Shown in pieces: positions 52,909 to 62,645 of a stretch of 64,000 bases of DNA. The notes under the pieces were generated by a model that was given only the letters and a program-made list of their open reading frames with translations, did no database searches and was not told the origin of the DNA. Location of the stretch: positions 372,001-436,000 of the forward strand of contig NW_027191406.1 in the NCBI RefSeq assembly GCF_041146345.1. The letters are read 5' to 3'. The stretch comes from Neodothiora populina (taxonomy: Eukaryota). How positions within the stretch are numbered: the stretch's first letter is position 1; every line of letters starts with the position of its first letter. A program made the position numbers and the translations under genes.

Positions 52909-53629
52909 TCAGTCGTCGATCGGATCGGGGTTTGTGACGCCTAGGGGTCGGGAATAGTCTCGCTGGTCCTGCATTGTACCAATGCTGGCTCTGCTGCCAT
53001 TTGCTTCCCAGTTTGACATGATCGCTTGGGGGTTGAGGCGTTGGTCGAAGACAAGCGGTCTACTGTCCCGCCTACTGCGTTGACTGCCATCGCCGAAGGC
53101 ACTACCGCCTATCGGGCTGACTGGACTAGGGCCATTCGAATCGAACATCCGCGAGTGTCGATTATTAGTTGATGTATTGATAAAGGCAGGGGGGACGTCG
53201 TATGACTTCTCTACGTCGTTGCCAGCGCCAGCACCAGCTGAAGACAAGAGTCCCGTTTTGCTCAATACACTTGTGTTTCGTTCCATCTTGCGCCGGTTCG
53301 CAGATGCTGCGTCAGAGGATCTGCGGCGACGCCACAAGATGAAGACACCGGCGAGGATAAGCGCAGCTCCAGCGAGAGATCCTACTACAGCACCGGCGAT
53401 GGTGCCTCCAGAAACACTGTGGCTACGCTGGGCTTCTTGTGCGTCTCCGCCAGGCTTCTGTACCATGGGTGTCGATGTGACAGTCCTAGTCACCGGCGCT
53501 CCTGATACGGTTAGAATCTGGGTACTGACTACCATACTGCGGGTCCATGCTGATCCGGTCGTCGATGATAGTTCTGCTGCTTGGCTAGAAGGAACTACAG
53601 CCAAACTAGTTGACGTCGGTGTCGGGGTC

Positions 53630-53677
<48 letters not shown>

Positions 53678-54554
53678 GATGGAGGCGTCGTAGAGCTTAT
53701 GCTCGATGATGACTGCTCAATTGTTAGCACCGTTCGTTACTGTTGAAATAGACCACGCAAGTGTAAAAAATGAAGCGGTGCGTACAAGTGTAACATATGA
53801 TACAATGATCGAAGGGCTTTGCGAAACGGTTGAGAAAACGGTGACGGGTACAGAACTGTAGACCGTGCTTGGGTTTGGCTTCGAGGATGGGGGAGATGAT
53901 GTCTAATCAGGCCGTTTCAGCCGGTGTTCGAATAGACCATCCAAGATAATCTTAAAGAGAAATGACAAAAGAAACGAGCATGTGAATACGCGGAAAAGGC
54001 GGGAAAATTGCAAAAGAAAGAAAGAACTTACAGGTTGTGGTGTGCTGGAGGGAGACGAGGATGACTGTTGCGAACTCGAAGCTTGGGTGCTACTAGCTGC
54101 AGATGAGCTGCCCCCCGCTGTTCCAGAGGGGCTCTTGTTTAGAGAGATATAGCCATAAAGCCCTTTATCACTGTCACCGCAAGTCTCGCTAGGGTATCCA
54201 GGACAAGAAGCCGAGCACTCTGATGTGTCTTGCTGATCTGAAGGAATATAGTTCGAACACCAGCAGTTTTGGTATTGTAGAACAGCAAAGGCATATTCGC
54301 CGGCACATTGGTCGTGACATAAACCATTAGACTGGTAGATACTTGTCTCTGTAGGACCATTAGTTCCCGAACATCCGAGTTTATCGCAAAGGTCGCTGGC
54401 AAATTCTGAGCGTGAACATACCAACATCGTAGTCAGAACCTGTGTTCTGGCTGGAGCAATATGACATTGACAGGGCGTTGGTGGGTCGGAACGCTGACAG
54501 CAAGGCCAGTGCCGAAAGCAGCGTCCTGGAAGACGAGATCCTCAAAGACGCCAT
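52909..54554 (-). CDS. WSC1: WSC-domain cell-wall integrity sensor (Wsc1/Slg1 family)
   Basis: Signal peptide, Cys-rich WSC domain (YCSSQNT..QSNGLC..C...CWCSN..C...CPGYP.ETCG), Ser/Thr stalk, one TM followed by WRRRR, tail DYSRPLGVTNPD. Introns 54421-54349, 54031-53903 and 53785-53713. Confidence 0.9.
53630..53680. repeat. (GAT)n trinucleotide tract encoding poly-Ser in the WSC stalk
   Basis: Seen directly, with one GGT interruption. Confidence 0.9.
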
Positions 54555-56431
54555 TGCGTCTTGCCTCTGCTGATCTTAGTTGTATCAGAACAGCAGTGAT
54601 TGATGCAAGATAAAGGGTTTGCGTGTCGCAGAGAAGCTCTGTCGGGACTGGGTGGTGAGGATAAACAAGCCCAGTCGATATATTATTACAAAGCCCCTAA
54701 AGGGGTTATTATCTTGCCACAAGATTCCTTGTGTCCAGCAGGTTTCCAGTGGAAGTGATGATAGGTTTGCTGATCAGTGGTAGTTATTGGTCGGTATTCA
54801 TACGGGAAGCGACAGGATGGGCTGTTGGCGGATGCGAGGTGCCGATGGCTCTTGCGTACGTATCCGCAGGGTGGACTGACGAGCGGACAGGGAGACGACA
54901 AGCAAGTGTTTGGCTGCTGCTTGTCTGGATATACCCCGACAGACCGCTTGATATTAGGACAAGTGCTGTATTTTGTAGGTTTCCTAGAAGTCGGGTGGCC
55001 GGATAGTAGAAGACGATCAAGAACGAGGCTGGAGTGGACGGTCCGACTTTGACCACTATTAATTCAAGCGAAGCTTCGTTAAGCCTCACCGCGCAATCGT
55101 GAAGAGCTCAACCTCAGCAACCAGAAGACGAGCAATGGGCAGGGCGATGGAGTTTGACAGATTGTCGAACGAACGGAAAGGAAGTATTAGCTATAGCAGC
55201 AACGACAGGATTGGCAACAGGGCGTTGGAGAGGCCTGCCTTGTAATGCCGTGCGGTAAGGGAGCGCGAAGGGAGATGAAAACGGTGGAGTGGAAATAATG
55301 TTATTATTATGTGCCAGGGCACGGATGTCACTGCTGTTGAGAGACAAGAGATCAGATTTGGTCATGCCTCCCGCGTTTGCCTAGAAGTTTTGGACGAAGG
55401 CAGAGGAACCAAGAGCCCACTGTTGCGAGCCAAAGCAAAGCCAAAGCAAGCCAGAAGGAGCCAGAGGGAGCCAAAGGAAGCCAAAGCGTTATACAGCCGG
55501 CGCTAAGTTTGCTTTGTGCAAAGCTATGATGAGGATCACCCAGAGTCGTGCCCGCTCTAGCCGGCCGTCCCAGGACGATCCGGAGCCTCCACCCAACTGT
55601 GTCTGGCGTGACTGGTCGACTGCTGGTCGACTGCTTCCAACTGCCAGCTTGGTGTTGTTTCAGATAACTGTACAAAGCTCCCAAGTCCTTTGTTGACCGA
55701 CCCGTGCTGGTCTTTGCACCACCTTGCTGTTGCATACCTGCTACATTCCTTGTCCACCTTAACGTCATACAGTTGTACAAGTACAATATGCAAAGCATTG
55801 TACCGTGGTATTCAGCCTGTTTTGTTTACCTCTCGTCGTCGCCTCTGAAATGCTGCGTATGACTTCGTATATGCATTACTAAATGCAGATGCTCGTGTAG
55901 GCGTCACGCGGCGAGCTCCAGGAATAATGCACAGCATGAGCATGCCCTATTCCGGTAGGTAAGCAGGGCAGCTCTCTCTCTACTTGTACAGTAGCTCCGA
56001 TGTGTAAAATCATACCGCTTTGCAGTACACAGTAGACTTCCGCGCAACGCCGACGTGACTCCACACGAACACACACACATGTCTTCTAAATTCATATACC
56101 AGCCAACCCGGATTTTCGGCTACTTCTACGGGTTGCGAAAATCTCGAAGCTGAAAGTACGGACCACGCATCGAGCTATCCAGATCTGCCTCGCTCGTCCC
56201 CAGCGGTCAAGTCCTGCTCTAAAGATCAAGGTGTCTATTGCATACACATCTACAAGCACATTATAACATTTCGTGATGGCTATCAGCAAGTTTTGATTGC
56301 GATGCGGAATCGATTGCAACCGTGGAGGCCTATGCGCAAATATGCCGAACGGCACACAACTGACGCGCCAACCGCAGTTGTGCAATGGGCTCTTAATCGC
56401 TAAAACGATTCCTGCCTTACCTACGCACTCA

Positions 56432-57534
56432 TCAGAGCTTGGAGCTCTTGCCGCCCTTGACGCCCTCGACTTTGGCACCGCTAAGTAAGAAATCCGGGTA
56501 TTCCCAGCTTCCACCTGGGGAACCACCGCTCGTGCGCCAGCTTGCACCATCAATGACTTCACAACGTTAGCCAGGTAAAATAAGCTATTGTAGAAAATCG
56601 ATGTCTTGCGACAACGGCCAGCACTCCTTACCTGAGATTTGCCCATTAACATAGTTGGCCGCATCGGAGAAGAGGAAGACTGTGGCGTCGGCAATCTCTT
56701 TCTTCTCGCCCCATCTTCCAAGGGGGATGTTCTTCTTCGACTTAGCCAAACTGTCTGCATCGCTCTTCGACAGACGATCCATGCCTTCGGTGCCGGAAAT
56801 AGGGCCCGGGGCGATGACATTGGAAGTTATACCCAATGGACCGTACTCGATTGCGATTGCATGCGATAAGGAGTCTACCGCAGCTTTGGCTGCCGAAACA
56901 TGAGTCTGGAGAGGTAGGCCGGTGTAGTGTATGGTCGCAGAGACGAAGATGATTCTTCCTCCGGTGCCATTGCGAGCTGAGCCCTTCCCGTCATGCTTGT
57001 ACTTCTCTGCGCTTTGCATTAGGTAAGGCAGCGTCGCTTTGGCTGTGTTGTAGCTGCCCAGCACATCAATGTCGATGACCGACTTGAAGGCATTCGGGCT
57101 TAATTGAGACATGGGAGACAAAAAATTGCCGGCTGCTCCAGCGATCGTGAAATCGAGACTACCTAGCTCTCTGACAGTCCTGTCTGCTGCTTCCTTGAGC
57201 GCATTCGCGTCTCGCACGTCTACACCGCCAATAGCAATCACCTTTGCTCCAGGTCGTGCAGTGGCAATCTCCGCAGCCATGCGTTCGGTCTTCTCGACGT
57301 TTCTACCAATGATCGCTGCGTTGGCGCCTAGATAGACAATAGCTTTGGTTTGGGCGCTACAGATACTTCCAGAACCACCTGTGCAGAACAATACTTTGCC
57401 ACCTGTACTCATGTAAGCAACGAGCGCAGAACGATGAATTAACTATCTTCGAGGTCGATACCGAATATGCCTTCCTTCCAAACATTGCTCACATAGTCGC
57501 TCTTATCGAAGGGTTTGGGACTAGTGGACGACAT
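56432..57534 (-). CDS. SPS19: Peroxisomal 2,4-dienoyl-CoA reductase (SDR family)
   Basis: TGGSGSIC, GAAGNFL, NAFKSVIDID..GSYN, HVSAAKA, NVIAPGPI, IPLGRWG. Introns 57461-57403 and 56631-56557. The spliced C-terminus ends SKL (PTS1). Confidence 0.93.
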
Positions 57535-57695
57535 GGTGTTACGAACAATTGCTTTCGCTTCTTTCCTGTAGTAACTTTGTAGAGACTGTTGAATGTGACG
57601 ATATCATAAAAATCGATGGTGGTCGTCATGTCGTGCTTATAGCACCAGCTGTAGCGCTCAATCCCCTACCGTACGGACGTATGAAGACCACTGAG

Positions 57696-57701
57696 CCGAG
57701 G
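57696..57701. promoter_or_regulatory. Putative FarA/FarB (CTF1) site CCGAGG about 160 bp upstream of SPS19
   Basis: Matches the CCTCGG/CCGAGG core known upstream of fungal fatty-acid catabolism genes. Short motif. Confidence 0.45.
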
Positions 57702-58062
57702 TTGAAAGCTAAGACAGACAACTGTTCGACGCCGAGCTCTTGATTCATTTTCCCCTGGGCGACCCTGGCCATGCTTGCAATCACACAACTACGGAATCTC
57801 AAGTCACATATCCTTCGCGTTAGCCGAACCCTATGGCTGGCATGCAGAACAAATAATTATACCAATCAATAGTGGAGCACAGAGCTTGATGGAAATATTG
57901 AATGCGAGACCAATCAGTTCATCGGGTGACTGGCCTCCGCATTTCATATGTAAGTGCTAGCTGCCAATACTGTGATATGCTGTACTTCATGCGTTGGGTG
58001 TTTCACAGATTTCACGTATGCGAGGTGCCTCGACCCAAATAAATGCGGGGAGGCGCAGCGCA

Positions 58063-58103
58063 GACGAGGTCGGCTATACTTACTCCGCCCCAGGCACCTG
58101 CAG
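58063..58103 (+). repeat. Degenerate 41-bp direct repeat, copy A
   Basis: 33/41 identical to 60891-60931. Core GTCGGCTAYACTTACTCCGC matches 19/20. Confidence 0.75.
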
Positions 58104-58383
58104 CTGATGCACAGTGCAATGGTTTGTATCGAGTGTATCAGAGACCAGGTACACATCGACTGCAAACATATATAGAGGGTCCAACGTAGAGGAGAATCGA
58201 AGAGGGAGGAAGAACGCCAGTGATGTGCTATAAAGTGGACACACAGACCCATGACCTACCTTGACTGTCTGCACAGCAGAATAGCAATCTGAAGGGTCAC
58301 AGTATGCACCAGCCGCTCCGTACAAGTATATACTATTCGCCGAGGATCGAGAAAAAGCATAGCGATCTCGCTGCCCTCCCTAC

Positions 58384-60256
58384 TCAATCGATCTCGTCAT
58401 GGTCCTGGAACGGCCACTGCTCCTCAAACTCCTTCTTTTCCTCCTCCGTGTCAGGTATCTTCGCCATCTCATTTCTCATGTGTAGCTCCCTCGTTCTAGC
58501 ATCTTCGAGTAGATGCAACGGAACCCATCCGTCGATGTTGACAGGGGAATAATCACGCAACGTTTGCATCCCTTCGTCAGCCTCTTGCTGCTTCTGATCA
58601 ATTGCGAGGCACTGCGCTATTTCTTCCTCCGTATAGTGGATAGGGAAACCTTCGTTCTCGGCACTGGAAGTTGCCATAGAATCCCAGAGCGGTGCAATTT
58701 TGATTATCTCAGCCTTAAGTGAGGTGTTGTCTCCTTCCCATGGCCGTCGCGCAACGTCGAACAGCTTGCTCCGTGCAACGAGATGATGCTTAGCCATGCC
58801 GTTGAAGTGTGCCCGATTATAGCGACCGCTTGCGCCGACATAGAAGAAATGGACTTGTCGCTTGCGGTATAGCTCGAACTCTGCTTCTTTCTCCTCTTCT
58901 GAAATAGTGTCCAGATTGGTCGGAAGTTTGGGAGGCCGAAGATTCTCGGAGTCGTCGTCGCCGTATTTTTGGTAATGTTTCGGTATCTTCGCTTGGAGCT
59001 AGAGAGGTAGGATGCATGTATACTGCCAGTCTAGGAGCGCTGTTATATCTCCAGATTCGGAGACAAAGATGTTGCTAGGTGAGAGATCTGGGTGACGAAT
59101 AATAGGTTTGACCAACTCAGGATCGTCCGGAACGATTAACGGCGCGAGAGCAAGATAATCTCGGAGATTTCGCATCTGAGTGGCTGGATCGACCATCTTC
59201 TTGTCATAGGACTCCCGATACATTACTTCTCGAGGATAGCGTGGCTGTCCAAAGCGTTCGAGCCAAGCCAGCTCCCGCTGGCCTACCGATTCCATGACCT
59301 CTGTAGCAGTTTTCCCTATAGATTGAATATCAGCATTACATCGAACGTGACTTCACTCCAGGGACCTGGAAACTCACACGGGCCGCGGCGGACTTCCAAT
59401 TGGTCTCGGTCCTTATACCACCAAAGTAGTTCGGAGGACGGACCAATACAGAATGTACCTTCTCCGAAAGTACTGTCCAAAGGCACGAACGTTGAAACTT
59501 CATGACTTTCCAGGAAGCTCTGGTGATATATGCTTCCACTGGCAGGAAAATCGAGCTGAAACATCTTGCTTTCGAGGACAACGATTTGCTTCACAACGTT
59601 CGATCGCTCCTCAATTGACATAGTGTACCATGTCTGTTCAAGTTCAGTGCCTTGGGCTTTAGCCATAATCATGTATTTCGATCCGACTGGGTTGGGTGAC
59701 ACAGTCCAGTCGAGAACTTCAGGAACAGGAATCCCATGCAGTCGCAGATACTGCATCGTGGCGACCTCACTAGCGATACCAAACTGGCGAGGGACAGTGC
59801 AGGGATAGGGTATCCTGGCGATCACAGCGAGCGAATCGCTGAAAGTCACTTCAAAGACACGATAGTAGCCGCCTTCGGCCAATTTGGCAATATTGGTGAC
59901 AGATTCTCGAGGTCTTCCTGCAGCTTTGGAAACGACATCGAGTAGTGCGGAGACATCGAAGACAAGATGCCTCTCTTGACGACGGAGTCGATCATTGTAC
60001 CTGAGGTGGCCCGTCTCAGCAGGATCTCGAATTGAGAACATCAATCTACTCACAGACAGCCCCCAGAAGTATAATTGTAGAAAGAATGACTCGCATCCTT
60101 GAAATCTGGTATATCTAGCAGTTTTGGCAAGGGGCAAGAGAGGGGTTGGGAGACTGAGAAGACACGGTCTATGATGGGTCTCCATAGCTTGCCATGCTGG
60201 CGGCTGTAGCTGTGTGTCTTCAAGATCGGATGCTGCCAGATGCGCCTTGTTGCCAT
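58384..60256 (-). pseudogene. APH/choline-kinase-like phosphotransferase (Aim9-like) with an in-frame premature TAG
   Basis: FYNYTSG..L|YND, KLAEGG, IARIPYP, ASEVATM, HPDLSPSNIFV, LDWQ, WPFQDH. Introns 60053-60001 and 59377-59316. TAG at 59001-58999, after which the same frame continues LQAKIPKH... Confidence 0.8.
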
Positions 60257-60506
60257 TAGTTCGAAAGATGACCTAAGAATGCGCTGCGCTATTGCTGTGC
60301 TATTGCTGTAAATATCGAAGGTCGAAAGTCCTATGAACAGAGGACGCGAAAGGTGTCTCCAACTGCTCAAGCATCAACCAGTATAATCTCTTGTTCTGGT
60401 GAGACGTGTTGCGTGTCTAGAAAGTGAATCGGTCACAGTGACCAGGAAACATGACCGAGGACAAACTAAGGTACGTGGCTGAATTTAACGAAGTGATGTC
60501 GACTTA

Positions 60507-60997
60507 CTTCACTGTCGTTGAGTGATTGTAACAACGTACTTCCTCTGAGTCCCGGTCAGTATTACTGCCTTCTCTAATACAGATAGCCAGCTTTCTGCCC
60601 ATCTACAAGCATTTAGAAGAGCAGACATGTTACGTCTGCTAAAGCAGCGTGCTAAGCTCGCTTAAGCTGCTGCACTTGTATAACAATTCGAGGTCGCTTA
60701 ACGCTTCTACCGCCGATTTTCTCAGATCACATTTCGTGACAAGAATGCCGTGCTGGCATTCGATGTTTCTGACCTTCAATGCATGAGAACAAGGTTTCTC
60801 GTGATTGCACTCGGTGAAGACGTGATGTACCTCACTCAGTCCTCTCCATCTTCGGAGAGAGTCAAACTTGAGGCGAGGTGGTTCGGCGTTGACGGAGTCG
60901 GCTACACTTACTCCGCTCAAAGTACCTGCGGGTTTCCTGCTCAGAGAGGCGGCGGGCCCGGGAGTCGGTGATGGTGACGATGGTTGTGCAAGACAAC
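60507..60997 (+). ncRNA. Candidate unannotated structured RNA (family unknown; alternatively a decayed ORF)
   Basis: Long-range closing stems (60550-55/60958-63 and 60565-75/60943-52), several internal hairpins, a cUUCGg loop and G-U pairs that favour the + strand. Folded by eye only. Confidence 0.35.
60891..60931 (+). repeat. Degenerate 41-bp direct repeat, copy B
   Basis: 33/41 identical to 58063-58103. Confidence 0.75.
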
Positions 60998-61114
60998 TTT
61001 CAATCTATATAATTGTCAACCACACATACGTTTTTACACATCGAATAAGCTATAATTCTAAGAGCAGATAACTCAGACCTCTAATACATCCGACTGTCAA
61101 GTGCCAGCATCAAT

Positions 61115-61668
61115 ATGCCTTGCCCAATCACCGTGCTCAAATTCGTGGGCACAACCAGTCTGGGCCTCTTTACTGTAAGATATAGCGACTGCTTCATGAA
61201 GCCTCTGCCAATGGCCCAGACGTCCATATTTTCGAGATAGTTGGCATTGCTGATACTAGTCAATCACAGGGTGTGTCATATTCGCTCAGCACACTGTCCA
61301 TGCCAGCACTGCTTCTGCTTCCATCAGCGCCTCAAGCTCAACACGCCTTCACTTCACTCGTGAAGTCCTCCACACTACATCTTCGCACACTAGCCGCTGT
61401 CTCTGCTGTTTCGTTCCCGTTGGCTTTTGCCATGTCGACTCCTCGCATCAGACATCCATACCTCTTATGGACCGGCGCGGCGGCGCTGCTCAGTCTGGTA
61501 CCCGACTTCGTGATCGGACAGACCGCATTCAAGGAGCAGCAGGATGCCAATGGAGAGACCGTTGAACGAGCTGTGCGTACCTCTCAGAAATTGCATGCTG
61601 TCCAGGCTGCCATCGGATTCGCTGGTTTTGCAATGGCTGTCGTCGGTATCTGGGGCGACGGTGCGTGA
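61115..61668 (+). CDS. ATG33: Mitophagy protein Atg33-like mitochondrial outer-membrane protein
   Basis: MPCPITVLKFVGTTSLGLFT|GVSYSLS..PALLLLPSA, RHPYLLWT, NGETVE, GFAMAVVGIWGDGA. Intron 61175-61269. Confidence 0.85.
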
Positions 61669-62462
61669 GCTACGTCTTCGTCTGCCTCATTTGTCTGAGG
61701 CAAGCAGACGATTCTCGACAAGAGAGATGAGGCTTATATGGTAATATGGCTTGCTGAATAACGACGGACGTGATCATGATGATATGGTGGGGGGCGGTGG
61801 AGGTGTCTGGAGCGCATCCGTATAGGCAATGGAAACCCTTTACACTCTGCTGTACCATCTCCAGAAATCTCGACACGATTGACTCCACATCCCTGCAGCA
61901 CACCTTGATGGCACGAACCCGAAGTCTACGGTAGCTTCAGTGTACGAAGGATATCAAAGCAGGGCACACGAGTAAGAGTAGGAGCAGGAGCCGGGGTCTT
62001 CGTGGTTGAGAATAACTGAACCCATTTCTTTTTGTTTCACGCTTGAAGGCAGCGCGCAGTAGTCGTCCAACAGTCCACTACTGCACAACATTGCTCTTGG
62101 TGTCAATCGCACGTGAGATCAGTAGCTTGTAACTACCGAGGCATGCAAATTTATAAAACTATTTATGACGGTCATTACATCATCTGCAATGTTTGAAAGC
62201 ACAGTCTACATGACTTCTCACTCAGCCTAAGGCAGCGGTACTTTGGGATGCTCTCCGTCTGTAGCGTCTATGGATTACCAACCTACCTATCTACGATACG
62301 AAAGCACATCCATCGACGGAAACTCGAAGGCAGACAATAAACTTCACGTCACTCAACATATAGGTATGCGAAGCAAGCGATATTTCCCCAATGTCGCGGT
62401 AGTATTTGTAGGCAGGTGCTTGGAGCTTTGACCGCTCCGTGTCTTCGTCGCAAAGCTCACCC

Positions 62463-62499
62463 CGCGTGTACCGCAGGCACGTCGCGCGTCCTTGCGCGT
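62463..62499. promoter_or_regulatory. Three CGCGT (MCB-like) cores upstream of PDS5
   Basis: CGCGT at 62463, 62485 and 62495. Cohesion genes are typical MBF targets. Confidence 0.45.
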
Positions 62500-62645
62500 C
62501 TTCGAACTAACTCAAGTCATCCAAAAACGTTGGTGCATCGTACATTTCCTGTCGATCGAGCATTTGTTGATTCGCCAGTCGCATTTTCCACTGACCATGA
62601 GAGTGTGAGAGACAACATAGCACATCCTCGCATTCTTCATTCAGC

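Noticed and set aside
60498..60511. GTCGACTTACTTCA resembles the yeast U3 snoRNA 5' end as I recall it
   Set aside because: Not followed by box A or an intron donor; the other U3 boxes are not in the right order.
60400..61090. Telomerase RNA (an ATAAGC near 61045 resembles the AUAAGU processing site)
   Set aside because: No CCCTAA-type template in or upstream of the region.
1972..61668. Apparent cluster of trafficking and autophagy genes (VPS17, ATG3, BAR-SH3, Sec7 GEF, GCS1, ATG33) or of iron/redox genes (HEM15, ETF-beta, TAH18)
   Set aside because: Interspersed with unrelated housekeeping genes; these categories are large enough to co-occur by chance.
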